Below, piece by piece: positions 28,690 through 39,316 of a stretch of 64,000 bases of DNA. The position numbers were made by a program, and so were the translations under genes. How positions within the stretch are numbered: the first letter of the stretch is position 1; each line of letters opens with the position of its first letter. The stretch spans positions 154,904 to 218,903 of the forward strand of contig JAGTJX010000004.1 in assembly GCA_023657465.1 (NCBI GenBank), in the 5' to 3' direction. This stretch comes from Lysobacteraceae bacterium. GTDB taxonomy: Bacteria; Bdellovibrionota; UBA1018; JAGTJX01. The notes below the pieces were generated by a model. The model was not told the DNA's origin. It made no database searches and worked only from the letters and a program-made list of their open reading frames with translations.

Positions 28690-29700
28690 ATGCTAGAGAA
28701 AAATCAATACGTTGCGACTCTTACAGACAAATCCCAAGTTGAATCCATTTTCCTCGTAAAATACTCCTCACTTCAAACCGGCAAAACAGGCAAAGCTTAT
28801 TTGAATCTTGTCCTCATGGATAAGACAGGTGAGCTAGAGGCACGCGTCTGGGATGATGTTCCTCAAGTCGCCTCGATGGCAGTGCGCGATGCGTTCGTCT
28901 GGGTTGAAGGCTCTTGTCAGAACTTCCAAGGTCGCAAACAAATCGTGGTCAAAAAACTTCAAGGACTTCGTGAAGACCAAGTCAAAATCAAAGATTACCT
29001 CAAAGTCGGAGAGTTCGACTCTGAAGAACAATACAAGGAATTAGTCGCATTCGTTCACTCGATGAAGGATCCTTATTATAAGGCTCTCGCTGAATCGATT
29101 CTCATTGATGACGAAGAGATCGTCGCACTCATGAAGAAGGCGCCAGCTGCAAAAACCATTCATCATGCATACCGAGGCGGACTATTGGAGCACGTAGTTG
29201 CGATCACGAAAACTCTCGATTTCCTCTCTGAACTCTACAGCCCTTTTGTGGATCGCGATCTTTTGTTCTTAGGCGGCTTCCTCCATGATCTAGCCAAAAT
29301 TTGGGAACTCAGCTTCGAGCGATCCACTGACTATACTGATGCAGGCAAACTCCTCGGACACTTGGTGATGGGCATCGAACTTGTTGAGAAAAAAGTCATT
29401 GCACTCGATAGCACTTCAGGTAAACTTTCAGGAAAGTTCCCAGAGGAGAAGAAGTTACTCGTCAAGCATATGATCGCATCCCATCACGGTTCTTATGCAT
29501 TTGGATCTCCGAAAGAACCTCAGTGTCTAGAAGCTTTCATTGTTCATGCGATTGATGATCTCGACTCGAAGATCAATTCTATCAGAAAATTTATTGAAGC
29601 AGATACGAATCCAGGAAAATGGACCCTGCTACACAAAGGAATGGAAAGATTTTTCTATAAACCGGAGTGGGCAAGACAGGCGACGGAGCTCAATACATGA
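28690..29700 (+). CDS. YhaM-like 3'-5' exoribonuclease (OB fold + HD domain)
   Basis: L.DKTGELEARVW, HHAYRGGLLEH, LHDLAK, SHHG, DDLDSK. Confidence 0.9.
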   Translation: MLEKNQYVATLTDKSQVESIFLVKYSSLQTGKTGKAYLNLVLMDKTGELEARVWDDVPQVASMAVRDAFVWVEGSCQNFQGRKQIVVKKLQGLREDQVKIKDYLKVGEFDSEEQYKELVAFVHSMKDPYYKALAESILIDDEEIVALMKKAPAAKTIHHAYRGGLLEHVVAITKTLDFLSELYSPFVDRDLLFLGGFLHDLAKIWELSFERSTDYTDAGKLLGHLVMGIELVEKKVIALDSTSGKLSGKFPEEKKLLVKHMIASHHGSYAFGSPKEPQCLEAFIVHAIDDLDSKINSIRKFIEADTNPGKWTLLHKGMERFFYKPEWARQATELNT

Positions 29701-30248
29701 AAAACTTAACAATGATGATCTTGGTGGCGTTGATGGTTTTAGGCGTGGTTTATATCGTAAAACACAGAAAACAGTCCGAACCCGCTAACACTCCTGCATT
29801 CAATGCAGGAGTATCATTGGAATCGCAACCTCCGGGAGAATACGATGGAGAATACACTCTCGACACCTACACTTGTAATGAGCAAAAAGCAAAAGAACAA
29901 AAAGTACCTGAAGCCCAAGTCACTCGTTTAAAAATTCGTGGGATGAATGGAAGGATCAACAAAAAAGTAGATGTTTGCGATGTCGCTCAGTACCTGACTC
30001 TAGTGCCAAATGAGAGCATCAAGAACCCAGCTATCAAATCAGTTCAGTTCAAGCAAAACCGATTGGAGTGTTCTCCAGAGTGTAAGTGTTACCCATTATT
30101 AATTGGTACTAGTCTCGGAGTATTTAATCTGACTAAGAAGGAAATTCAGGTCGTTGAGCGCGTGAGATCTGAAAAAGTATTCTGTAACGGAAAGCTTCCC
30201 GTTATTTTCAAATACAGTGCGTCAGTAAATTCTGCCGACAAAAAATAG
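29697..30248 (+). CDS. Membrane-anchored Cys-containing hypothetical protein
   Basis: ATGA overlap with the upstream gene, GGAG SD, N-terminal TM. Confidence 0.65.
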   Translation: MKNLTMMILVALMVLGVVYIVKHRKQSEPANTPAFNAGVSLESQPPGEYDGEYTLDTYTCNEQKAKEQKVPEAQVTRLKIRGMNGRINKKVDVCDVAQYLTLVPNESIKNPAIKSVQFKQNRLECSPECKCYPLLIGTSLGVFNLTKKEIQVVERVRSEKVFCNGKLPVIFKYSASVNSADKK

Positions 30249-30410
30249 ATTTTTATCCTCTCAACTTGATCCTATTTAATCCAGGTATTATTTCGTCAAC
30301 CGCTTGACTGAATAGAGAATTATTACACAAACATTATTTGATTACGTGATCGACTCTCATTATTCTATTTAATATTATTTAATAAATTGAATTTGTCGGA
30401 AGGATCACGG

Positions 30411-31637
30411 ATGATGCGACTATTAATCATTATATTAACGGCAATGACTGCCACTTCAAATGCAGTGGGTTCTGCAGAAAAAACAAAACAAAAAGAATGG
30501 ACGTTCTTAGTTTTTTTAAACGGCTTCAATAATCTTGATCGTTTCGGATTAGAAGACATCAACGAGATGGAGATGGTCGGATCCACTGACAAAGTAAACG
30601 TTGTCGTTCAATGGGCAAGCATGAGCTCAAGAAAAGTAAAACGACTCTATATCCAGAAAGATAACGACAAATATAAAATCACTTCTCCAGTCATTGAAGA
30701 TTTAGGTTCAGCGGACATGGGAAGTTACAAAGAATTAGAAAACTTCGTTAAATGGGGCGCTGAGAAGTATCCTGCGAAACACTACTTCGTTGACATCTGG
30801 AACCATGGCAATGGTTGGCAGGTCGATGCAGAGGGTAATGTTGCACAAGGTGTAGAGCCAGGTGTGAGAAATATTTCGTATGATGATATTCACGGCACTG
30901 AGATTACTACCGAACAATTAGGTGTTGCGATGCAAACGTTCGCAAAAGCAATCGAACATAAAGTGGATATCGTGGGTATGGATGCATGCTTGATGGCGAT
31001 GGTTGAAGTCGCTGGAGAGCTAGCATCTTCTACTCAGTTCTTGGCAGCATCAGAAGATTTAGAGCCAGGCCCAGGTTGGCCCTATGATGTATTACTCACT
31101 GAGTGGAACAAGGGAGGAAGAAAATCTCCATCTTTTGTTGGGAAAATTCTCACAAAAGCTTATGTGAAAAGTTATTGGAATGACGATGATATCTCTTTCG
31201 CTTCTTATGATTTGAGTAAGTATGATAAATTTGCTTCTAAAACAAAAGTGCTCTTCTCTCGCTTGCAGCAGTGTAATGCCTCTGATTGGGAGAAGGCTTT
31301 CAAGGAAATCAAAACCTATCCTACTTATACCCATAGTTCTTATGTCGACATGGAATATGCATTCCGTGGATTAGAGAAGACCATGTGTTCTGAGTTTGGA
31401 ATGGGCATAGGAGCTGCTTGGAGAAAAGTACGAACTTCAATGAATAGAATGGTTGATTACAAAGAATCGACTCCAGGTCATAAGTACAGCCCAGCGACGA
31501 TGTCGTTTTGGTTTCCAAAATCATCGTATGAATACAAGAGGTTCAAAACTCGTTACCAAGCCATGCAGTTTGATCGCGATACGGGTTGGACCAAAATCGT
31601 TGAAAACATGATTCCTTTCATGAGTAACTGGCAATAA
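30411..31637 (+). CDS. Exported clostripain-family (C11) cysteine peptidase
   Basis: WTFLVFLNG.NNL, DINEME, WNHGNGW (His), DACLM (Cys), PGPGWPY; signal peptide. Confidence 0.9.
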   Translation: MMRLLIIILTAMTATSNAVGSAEKTKQKEWTFLVFLNGFNNLDRFGLEDINEMEMVGSTDKVNVVVQWASMSSRKVKRLYIQKDNDKYKITSPVIEDLGSADMGSYKELENFVKWGAEKYPAKHYFVDIWNHGNGWQVDAEGNVAQGVEPGVRNISYDDIHGTEITTEQLGVAMQTFAKAIEHKVDIVGMDACLMAMVEVAGELASSTQFLAASEDLEPGPGWPYDVLLTEWNKGGRKSPSFVGKILTKAYVKSYWNDDDISFASYDLSKYDKFASKTKVLFSRLQQCNASDWEKAFKEIKTYPTYTHSSYVDMEYAFRGLEKTMCSEFGMGIGAAWRKVRTSMNRMVDYKESTPGHKYSPATMSFWFPKSSYEYKRFKTRYQAMQFDRDTGWTKIVENMIPFMSNWQ

Positions 31638-31679
31638 CGCTAGGCATTGTCATGCGAAATCCGATATAACTGGCTCACG

Positions 31680-34445
31680 ATGCGTAAGCCAGTTGGAGAT
31701 GTACTCGGAAAATCTTACGAGCCTAAAGTCTTTGAAGCGGACCTCTATTCCTATTGGGAAAAAGAGGAATGCTTCAAAGCGGCCGATGAAAACGCGCCGG
31801 GACAAGAATCTTTCTGTATCGTGATTCCTCCACCGAACGTCACAGGCGTTCTCCATATGGGGCACGCACTCACCAATACGATCCAAGATATTCTCACTCG
31901 CTGGAAGCGCATGCAGGGTTTCAACACACTCTGGCTTCCAGGTACTGATCACGCAGGGATTGCAACTCAATCCCAAGTAGAGAAGAAACTGGCTAAAGAA
32001 GGTAGGTCACGTAAAGAGCTCGGACGTAAAGCATTCTTGCAAGAGGTCTGGGCATGGAAAGAAGAGCACGCTTCGTTCATTAAGCAACAGCTGCAGCGTT
32101 TGGGGTCTTCACTGGATTGGAGTCGCGAACGATTCACCATGGATGAAGGATTCTCAGCCGCGGTGAGAGAAGTGTTTGTACGCTTGTATGAAGACGGACT
32201 TATCTACCGAGGCGAGCGAATGATTAACTGGTCAGTCGCTCTACAGACAGCGATCTCTGATCTCGAAGTGATCCCAACAGAGCGCAAGAGTCAGCTCTGG
32301 CATATTAAGTATCCTGTTTCTGGTGGATCTGATTACATCGTGATTGCAACGACACGTCCTGAGACACTTTTGGGCGATACTGCAGTTGCAGTTCATCCTG
32401 AAGACGAGAGATACAAAAAACTTCATGGCAAAAAATTTAAAGTCCCTCTCTCTGATCGCGAGATTCCTCTCATCTTAGACGAATATGTAGATCGTGAGTT
32501 TGGTTCTGGAGGATTAAAAGTCACTCCCTCACATGACTTCAATGATTACGAATTAGGTAAGAAGCACGGACTCCCACTGATGACGGTGATTGGTCTTGAT
32601 GGGAAGATGACTGCAGCAGCTGGCGCATATGCAGGGCTTAAGATTGCAGAGGCTCGCTCGATGGTGATTCAAGACCTCACCGATCAAGGTCTACTCGTTA
32701 AAACAGAAGAAATCGTCAACAAAGTAGGAATCTGTCAGCGTAGTGGAACGGTTGCTGAGCCTATGATCTCCAAGCAGTGGTTTGTGAAGATTGAGAAGCT
32801 AGCTAAGCCCGCGATTGAAGCAGTAGAGACTGGCGCGATTACTTTCACGCCTGAGAATTGGAAAAAAACTTATTTTGAGTGGATGTACAACATCAAGGAC
32901 TGGTGCATCTCTCGTCAGCTTTGGTGGGGACATCAGATACCAGCTTGGCATTGCGTGGATTGTTCAGAGATCACCGTTGCAAGAGTGACTCCTCAAGCGT
33001 GTTCAAAATGTGGCTCCAAAGGAATCAAGCAAGATGAAGATGTGCTCGATACTTGGTTTAGCTCTGGGCTTTGGCCATTTGGTACGCTGGGTTGGCCTGA
33101 AAAGACTCATGCACTGAAAACGTTTTATCCCACTTCCATTCTCGAAACAGGGTTCGATATTATTTTCTTCTGGGTCGCTAGGATGATCATGATGGGTCTC
33201 TATTTCATGAAAGAAGAAAATGGCAAAGGCATCCCACCGTTTAGCAAAGTCTATCTTCACGCCATGGTTCGTGACGAAAAAGGCGAAAAGATGTCTAAGA
33301 CCAAGGGAAATGTCATTGATCCACTCGGTCTCATCGAAGACGATGGAGCGGATTCTCTAAGGTTCACTCTTGCGAGCATGTCTGGCCAAGGCCGGGACAT
33401 TAAGCTCTCTGTAGACCGAGTCGAGGATTACCGCGCGTTCTGTAATAAACTTTGGAACGCTGTGAAGTTCTTCCACTATCAGTGGGACGAGGAACAAGGT
33501 GGACCTACGGATGAGCCTTTAGGTGGTTCTGAGAAATATTTAAAAGATAACTATTCTAAACTCTCTATAGAGAATCAGTGGATCTTATCGAGACTTCAGA
33601 ATGCGACTCTAGAAGTTGAGAAAGGTTTAGAGAATTTTGAATTGAACCGCAGCTCCCAGGCTCTCCATACCTTCACATGGAATGAGCTCTGTGACTGGTA
33701 CATCGAGTTTGCGAAGCTCCCGTTGCGAGAAGGTAGTAAAGCACGTAAACAAACACTTATCACGCTTCATTATGTTCTAGAGAGTACGCTTAATCTTCTC
33801 CATCCTTTCATTCCGTTTGTGACTGAACAGCTCTGGCTCTCACTTCCTTGGAAGAAGGCTCAGACTATTCCAACACGTGCGCGCGATAAGAAGCCAGCTC
33901 TTGAGACGCTCATGTTTCAGAAGTTCTATCAGTCAAGCGAAGCTTGGAGAAACCTAGGTGTCGAAGCAGATATCTATGAACTCAAAGGAATTATTGAAAA
34001 TGTCAGAAATTTTAGGGGTGAAAATAATCTCTCACCTAAGATTGAGTTTCCACTTTATTTAAAAATTAATTCTCAGGAATGGTTACAGAAAATCAAAGTA
34101 CTAGAAAAACAAATTTTAACACTCACTCGATGTTCAAAAATTATTTACGATTCACCTGATATCACTCAAGAAGCTTCAAAATCTGCATTAACAGGTTGTG
34201 CTACGGAGCTTTATATTGTGCTTGAAGGTCTTGTGAACAAGGAAGAAGAGCTCAAGCGGATCACTAAGGAGTTCACAAAAGCTAAGCAGGATCTCGAGTT
34301 TGTGACGAATAAACTCTCTCGACCTGACTTCATTGCTAAAGCTCCTCCTCAGCTTGTAGCTAAAGAAACTCAAAAACAAACGGAGCTCACTGGCCAAGTC
34401 AAAGATCTCGAAGCAGCACTGGCTAAGCTACAGAAGCGCTCATGA
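31680..34445 (+). CDS. valS: Valine-tRNA ligase
   Basis: PPPNVTGVLHMGH, DWCISRQLWWGH, KMSKT, C-terminal coiled coil. Confidence 0.98.
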   Translation: MRKPVGDVLGKSYEPKVFEADLYSYWEKEECFKAADENAPGQESFCIVIPPPNVTGVLHMGHALTNTIQDILTRWKRMQGFNTLWLPGTDHAGIATQSQVEKKLAKEGRSRKELGRKAFLQEVWAWKEEHASFIKQQLQRLGSSLDWSRERFTMDEGFSAAVREVFVRLYEDGLIYRGERMINWSVALQTAISDLEVIPTERKSQLWHIKYPVSGGSDYIVIATTRPETLLGDTAVAVHPEDERYKKLHGKKFKVPLSDREIPLILDEYVDREFGSGGLKVTPSHDFNDYELGKKHGLPLMTVIGLDGKMTAAAGAYAGLKIAEARSMVIQDLTDQGLLVKTEEIVNKVGICQRSGTVAEPMISKQWFVKIEKLAKPAIEAVETGAITFTPENWKKTYFEWMYNIKDWCISRQLWWGHQIPAWHCVDCSEITVARVTPQACSKCGSKGIKQDEDVLDTWFSSGLWPFGTLGWPEKTHALKTFYPTSILETGFDIIFFWVARMIMMGLYFMKEENGKGIPPFSKVYLHAMVRDEKGEKMSKTKGNVIDPLGLIEDDGADSLRFTLASMSGQGRDIKLSVDRVEDYRAFCNKLWNAVKFFHYQWDEEQGGPTDEPLGGSEKYLKDNYSKLSIENQWILSRLQNATLEVEKGLENFELNRSSQALHTFTWNELCDWYIEFAKLPLREGSKARKQTLITLHYVLESTLNLLHPFIPFVTEQLWLSLPWKKAQTIPTRARDKKPALETLMFQKFYQSSEAWRNLGVEADIYELKGIIENVRNFRGENNLSPKIEFPLYLKINSQEWLQKIKVLEKQILTLTRCSKIIYDSPDITQEASKSALTGCATELYIVLEGLVNKEEELKRITKEFTKAKQDLEFVTNKLSRPDFIAKAPPQLVAKETQKQTELTGQVKDLEAALAKLQKRS

Positions 34446-35065
34446 AGTTCATCCTCGTTGGACCCAGATTTAACTCTAAGGATGCAACAAAACTTAAAAA
34501 ACTAAACGCCCCTTGGATCGCAGTAGACGGTGGGCTTGATTTCATCAAGAAAATTGGAATAGAGCCACTCTTCGCCATTGGCGACTGGGATTCGCTTAAA
34601 AACAAGAAGCTTCTCAAGCACTGTGATCACATCACGCTTCCAGTGAGGAAAGATCGAAACGATCTCTACTATGCACTTGAAGCATTGAAAGGATTAGATC
34701 CTTCTGAGGTTCATCTCTTTGGATTCGATCTTGGGAGACTCGATCATGAAATGTCAAACCTTTTTGAGATCTCTGCGTTCATAGAGAATAATCAAAAAAT
34801 TAAAGTCATCTATCTAAGAAGAGATGAACAGCTTCACTTCGTATCTCAGGCCAAACATTCACTTAACCTCAAACAGAATCAAATCGTGTCGTTCTTCTCG
34901 ATGGGTGAAAAGCCAGCTCGTGATGTTTCGCTCACAGGATTTGAGTACGCTCTCAAGGGTGAAACACTTTATCCATCATCACATGCTCTCAGTAATAGGG
35001 CGATCAAGAAGAAATGTCAGATTTCTGTCGCAACAGGTGTCTTGATGATTGTGATTAATCAATGA
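34442..35065 (+). CDS. thiN: Thiamine pyrophosphokinase
   Basis: AVDGG, IGDWDS, KD..DL, GRLDH, LSN. Confidence 0.9.
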   Translation: MKFILVGPRFNSKDATKLKKLNAPWIAVDGGLDFIKKIGIEPLFAIGDWDSLKNKKLLKHCDHITLPVRKDRNDLYYALEALKGLDPSEVHLFGFDLGRLDHEMSNLFEISAFIENNQKIKVIYLRRDEQLHFVSQAKHSLNLKQNQIVSFFSMGEKPARDVSLTGFEYALKGETLYPSSHALSNRAIKKKCQISVATGVLMIVINQ

Positions 35066-35082
35066 GACAATAAGATTTAAAC

Positions 35083-36819
35083 ATGAGTAATTTAGAGACT
35101 TTAAAATTCAGAAGCGATCCGGGCGTGCTCTTTTCTCAGCATGCGATGGCTCCTGGAGCTATCTCAAACTTCGAAGCGATTAGATCCAAGGTTGTGGACT
35201 CTGTCGTCGAACGCACGATGAATGATTTCTCTCCTGCACAGTATGAAATGCTGCTAGGTGAATCACTCTTCTCCGAGCGTCGAAGGATCTATAAGCAGAA
35301 GAATGCAACGCTCGAATATCTTTTTATTCGAAAAAGAATCAAAGCGGATGAAAAACTTTGGAAGAAAGTTCAGCAAGGACTTCTCAAGTCAGTGGTCGAG
35401 AGCGACCGCAAGAAACTCATGCGAGATGCAGTCACTCACTATGCTGATGAAATCGGCGGGCACTTCAGTCCCAAGGTTTATAACTTTACGACTCGTACAC
35501 TTCCATTGGCATTCAATTGGCTACTCAATGCTGCAAGTCTCAAACGTATTGCACCTTGGAAACAAGTAGAGATGCTCGACACGAGACTCAGAGTCTATGG
35601 TGAGATTGAGCATCTTCAGAGATTAAGCCAGAAGGGCACGATCCTTCTCGTTCCTACTCACCAGAGTAACATCGATAGCGTGCTCATCGGTTACATCATT
35701 CACCTGATGCAACTGCCTCCCTTCGCGTATGGAGCGGGACTCAATCTCTTCACCAATCCTGTGATCTCCTACTTCATGAGTAATCTAGGAGCCTACACAG
35801 TTGATAGACAGAAGAACTCTCCGCTCTATAAGTCCGTCCTGAAGAACTACAGTACTGAGATCTTGAAGCGTGGAGTTCATTCGATCTTCTTCCCTGCAGG
35901 CGGTCGTGTGAGAAGTGGAGCGATTGAAACCCATGTGAAGTTGGGGTTACTCGGTACCGCTCTTCAAGCACAAATTGAAAACTACCAAGAGAACAAGCCC
36001 AATCCTAACGTCTACATTGTACCGATGACGACGGGCTATCACTTCGTGCTGGAAGCTTCGTCTCTCATTGACGAGTACCTCGAGCAATCCGGTAAACACA
36101 AGTTCATGGCCACTGATGGTGATGAGCCGCTTATTCTTTGGAAGTTTTTGAAATTCTTCTGGAAGCTTTTCTCTCAAGACAGCTCTGTTCAAGTACGTAT
36201 CGGTAGACCACTCGATGTCTTCGGTAACTTCGTCGATGAGAATGGAAGATCCATTGGTCCTAATGGGACAACGATCGATCCTAAGAGTTGGCTCACTTCA
36301 GGTGGAGAGCTTAAGGCTGATACTCAGCGCGATCAGCAGTACATCGTGGGTCTTGGTAAAAAAATCGGTGAGCGTTATCACCGCGAGAACATCGTGCTCA
36401 CTTCGCACCTCTGCGCTTACTCATATTTCAGAATGCTTCGTAAGACCTACAGAGAATTAGATCTTTATCGATTCCTAAGACTCTCGCTCTCTCAAAGAAC
36501 TGTGCTCTTCTCAGACTTCCTCGCTGAAGCAGTGAGTTGCTACAAGCTCGTAAGACACGCAGCGAATCGCGGAGAGCTTTTCCTCTCTGAAGAACTGAGG
36601 GTGCTGAAGCTTGAAGACTGGATACAAGACGGCTTGAGACAACTAGGAATGTTCCATGAATCTAAGGTCATGAGGAAGCAAGATCAGACACTGTACACTG
36701 AAGATATGAATCTACTGTATTACTATCGCAATCGTCTGACAGGTTATGGATTTGATCCACTGGGCAGGGATGAAAACAAATTACTAGGGGAGTTTGATGA
36801 AAAAGGATTTTTGGTCTAA
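35083..36819 (+). CDS. Glycerol-3-phosphate O-acyltransferase (PlsB-like)
   Basis: PTHQSNID (HX4D), AGLNL, FFPAGGRVRSG; upstream of gpsA. Confidence 0.85.
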   Translation: MSNLETLKFRSDPGVLFSQHAMAPGAISNFEAIRSKVVDSVVERTMNDFSPAQYEMLLGESLFSERRRIYKQKNATLEYLFIRKRIKADEKLWKKVQQGLLKSVVESDRKKLMRDAVTHYADEIGGHFSPKVYNFTTRTLPLAFNWLLNAASLKRIAPWKQVEMLDTRLRVYGEIEHLQRLSQKGTILLVPTHQSNIDSVLIGYIIHLMQLPPFAYGAGLNLFTNPVISYFMSNLGAYTVDRQKNSPLYKSVLKNYSTEILKRGVHSIFFPAGGRVRSGAIETHVKLGLLGTALQAQIENYQENKPNPNVYIVPMTTGYHFVLEASSLIDEYLEQSGKHKFMATDGDEPLILWKFLKFFWKLFSQDSSVQVRIGRPLDVFGNFVDENGRSIGPNGTTIDPKSWLTSGGELKADTQRDQQYIVGLGKKIGERYHRENIVLTSHLCAYSYFRMLRKTYRELDLYRFLRLSLSQRTVLFSDFLAEAVSCYKLVRHAANRGELFLSEELRVLKLEDWIQDGLRQLGMFHESKVMRKQDQTLYTEDMNLLYYYRNRLTGYGFDPLGRDENKLLGEFDEKGFLV

Positions 36820-37801
36820 ATCGCGCGTGGTTGTATTCGGAGGTGGGAACTGGGGGACGGTCCTCGCTAATCTCGCCACTCGAAATTGTGCCGAAGTGCT
36901 CGTGATCGTGAGAACCGAAGAGCAAGCGCGTTCAGTGAATTCTACCAAGACTAATTCCGAGTATCTTCCTGATTTCAAACTCAGTGACAAAATCAAAGCA
37001 GTCTCTACCTTCGACAAAGCATTCGAAGCGGGTCCTGCGCAAGCTGTGATCTGGGCGATACCATCGAAACCCACACGCGAACAAGCGAAGCTCATGGCGA
37101 AGTACTTCACTGGAGAGGAAATTTTGATCCATGCTACTAAAGGTGTGGAGGCGGGGACATTGAAGAGAATGAGCACCGTGCTGAAGGAAGAAATTCCCTG
37201 TCCTCGTATCGGAGTCCTCTCAGGTCCTAATCTTGCTCATGAAGTAGCGAGAGGGGATCCTGCAGGAACGATCATCGCATCGAGGTTTGAAGAAGTGATT
37301 CAATCTGGACGTGCGATCTTCACTTCTCCTACATTCAAAGTCTTCGGTAGTTCAGACATGATCGGAGTGGAGTGGTGCGGAGTTCTGAAGAACGTGCTTG
37401 CAATCGCTGCGGGATGTGTGGATTCGCTCGGACTAGGATGGAACGCGCGCGCAACACTCCTCACTGGTGGATTAGCTGAGATGGTGAGATTCGGAACAGT
37501 GTTAGGTGCTGAGACGCAGACCTTCTTAGGTCTTGCAGGTTTAGGAGATATGCTAGCGACTTGTAGTTCTCCACTCAGTCGTAACTACAGAGTCGGCCAA
37601 GGTATCGGCCAGGGTAAGACACTCGCTGAAGTAGTCGATTCCTTAGGCAGTGTGGCCGAAGGGGTTTATACCGCAGAGAGTGTGTGGCAATACGCACAGA
37701 CGCGCGATATCAATATGCCTATCACTCGCGGAGTCTATGCACTCACTCATGGTCAGCTCTCTCCCGCTGAATTCGTGAAGCAAACTCTCGCTGCGTATTA
37801 A
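36794..37801 (+). CDS. gpsA: NAD(P)H-dependent glycerol-3-phosphate dehydrogenase
   Basis: GGGNWGT, TKG, LSGPNLA, LKNVLAIAAG, GLGD...TC..SRN. Confidence 0.96.
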   Translation: MMKKDFWSKSRVVVFGGGNWGTVLANLATRNCAEVLVIVRTEEQARSVNSTKTNSEYLPDFKLSDKIKAVSTFDKAFEAGPAQAVIWAIPSKPTREQAKLMAKYFTGEEILIHATKGVEAGTLKRMSTVLKEEIPCPRIGVLSGPNLAHEVARGDPAGTIIASRFEEVIQSGRAIFTSPTFKVFGSSDMIGVEWCGVLKNVLAIAAGCVDSLGLGWNARATLLTGGLAEMVRFGTVLGAETQTFLGLAGLGDMLATCSSPLSRNYRVGQGIGQGKTLAEVVDSLGSVAEGVYTAESVWQYAQTRDINMPITRGVYALTHGQLSPAEFVKQTLAAY

Positions 37802-37814
37802 AAAGCGCTCCTAC

Positions 37815-37865
37815 TTGACATTAACGTCCATAACGTTAATAATGATAACGTTATGGACGTTAATG
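37815..37865 (+). promoter_or_regulatory. Sigma70-type promoter with perfect 20-bp inverted repeat over the start codon
   Basis: TTGACA 37815-20, 17 nt, AATAAT 37838-43; arms CATTAACGTCCATAACGTTA (37819-38) and TAACGTTATGGACGTTAATG (37846-65); ATG 37853. Confidence 0.8.
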
Positions 37866-39229
37866 AAAGAAACCGTAAATTAGCTGCAGGAGAGATCAAT
37901 CGAGATGATCTTTGGCCTAAGGTTGAGGAATGGAGAAACCAACCCCTAAATTTTAAATTCAATTTTGGACTAGATCAGCTGCCCGAGGAGCCTGGGATGA
38001 TCTTTGTTCGTGGCCCTAGACAGTACGGCAAAAGTACATGGCTGGAATTAGCATTACTCGATACAGTCGAAGACTTCGGTAAGGGGTCAGGATATTTTCT
38101 CAATGGAGATGAGCTCATTGATGCAAATGATTTAGAAAAAAACATATTAGAAGTCTCAACTGCATTTAGTAAAAAAGCAAAAGTTAAAAGACTTTTTATA
38201 GATGAAATTACATCAATTATTGGATGGGAAAAGGTCTTAAAAAAAATCGTTGATCGTGGTGAACTAAAAGATGTTCTTTTTGTAACGACGGGTTCAAACG
38301 CAGCAGACTTACGACGAGGAGTCGAGCGTTTGCCGGGACGCAAAGGTAAGCTCAATCGTACCGATTATATTTTTACAGGGATTTCTTATAAAGATTTTTA
38401 TTCACAGTGTTCTAAAACATTCGAAGACAAGACATGGATAGCCTATCTCCTCACGGGTGGTTCACCTATTGCAGCAAAAGAAATTTGGCAGTTCGAGCAC
38501 ATCCCCGATTACTTTTATGAAATTAATCGTGATTGGGTATTAGGTGAACTAGCGAAGAGTGGAAGATCGAGATCCTATGTCCTGTCAGTATTGAAAACAA
38601 TTCTCAATAAAGGAATATCGCGAATAGGGTATCTCGGACTAGCAAAAGAATCAGGGTTGGCTAACAACACATTGGCGGCGGAATATGTTGAGCAATTATC
38701 TGATCTGCTTTGTATTACTGCGTCTCATCAGTGGGATGCTGATAAAGAAGTCACCTTACAGAGAAAACCGTGCAAGTTTCATCCCATTAATTTGTCAATG
38801 GCGCTTTCGTTTTACCCGAATAGACTCAACAGTGTTCATGAATTTGAACAGATATCTGATCAAGAGAAAGCAAAATGGCTAGAGTGGCTCGTAGCTCAAG
38901 AACTCTTTCGTAGGCAGTGCATTCTAGGTCAAAAAATTCCAGATAACCTGCATTATTGGAGCTCAAAGGAACATGAGATTGATTTTGTTTCAAGTCGAGG
39001 AGATTTGTTTGAAGTGAAGTTGGGGCAGTCGAATCCTTTGGAGTTTGCTTGGTTTTCAAAAGTATTTCCTAAGAAGAAATTATTGGTCATCAATAAGAAA
39101 GAATTTGAAACGAGTCATGTCAAAGGAATTACTATAGAGCAATTCTTATTGAGTGACGGATTTCCGCATCCTTACCCAGGAGAGGTAGATGATCCAAATA
39201 TTTATAACGACTACTCTCGTTTTAACTAG
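37853..39229 (+). CDS. AAA_14 ATPase with DUF4143 / PD-(D/E)xK-like C-terminus
   Basis: GPRQYGKST, FIDEI, TGSN, GR, YLLTGG.P, EIDFV..FEVK. Confidence 0.88.
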   Translation: MDVNERNRKLAAGEINRDDLWPKVEEWRNQPLNFKFNFGLDQLPEEPGMIFVRGPRQYGKSTWLELALLDTVEDFGKGSGYFLNGDELIDANDLEKNILEVSTAFSKKAKVKRLFIDEITSIIGWEKVLKKIVDRGELKDVLFVTTGSNAADLRRGVERLPGRKGKLNRTDYIFTGISYKDFYSQCSKTFEDKTWIAYLLTGGSPIAAKEIWQFEHIPDYFYEINRDWVLGELAKSGRSRSYVLSVLKTILNKGISRIGYLGLAKESGLANNTLAAEYVEQLSDLLCITASHQWDADKEVTLQRKPCKFHPINLSMALSFYPNRLNSVHEFEQISDQEKAKWLEWLVAQELFRRQCILGQKIPDNLHYWSSKEHEIDFVSSRGDLFEVKLGQSNPLEFAWFSKVFPKKKLLVINKKEFETSHVKGITIEQFLLSDGFPHPYPGEVDDPNIYNDYSRFN

Positions 39230-39250
39230 TTTTCAGTCAAATCTCTGTCA

Positions 39251-39280
39251 TTGATTCACCCTTAGGGGGGGGGGTAGAAT
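39251..39280 (+). promoter_or_regulatory. Promoter with a G10 homopolymer in the -35/-10 spacer
   Basis: TTGATT (39251-56), 18-nt spacer ending in G10 (39265-74), TAGAAT (39275-80). Confidence 0.65.
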
Positions 39281-39316
39281 TAGTGCCAGGAGATATTATA
39301 TGAAAATTTATTAGCG

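Noticed and set aside
30270..30287. Possible seventh repeat core on the minus strand (TACCTGGATTAAATAGGA)
   Set aside because: Needs two insertions and lacks the second box at the expected distance
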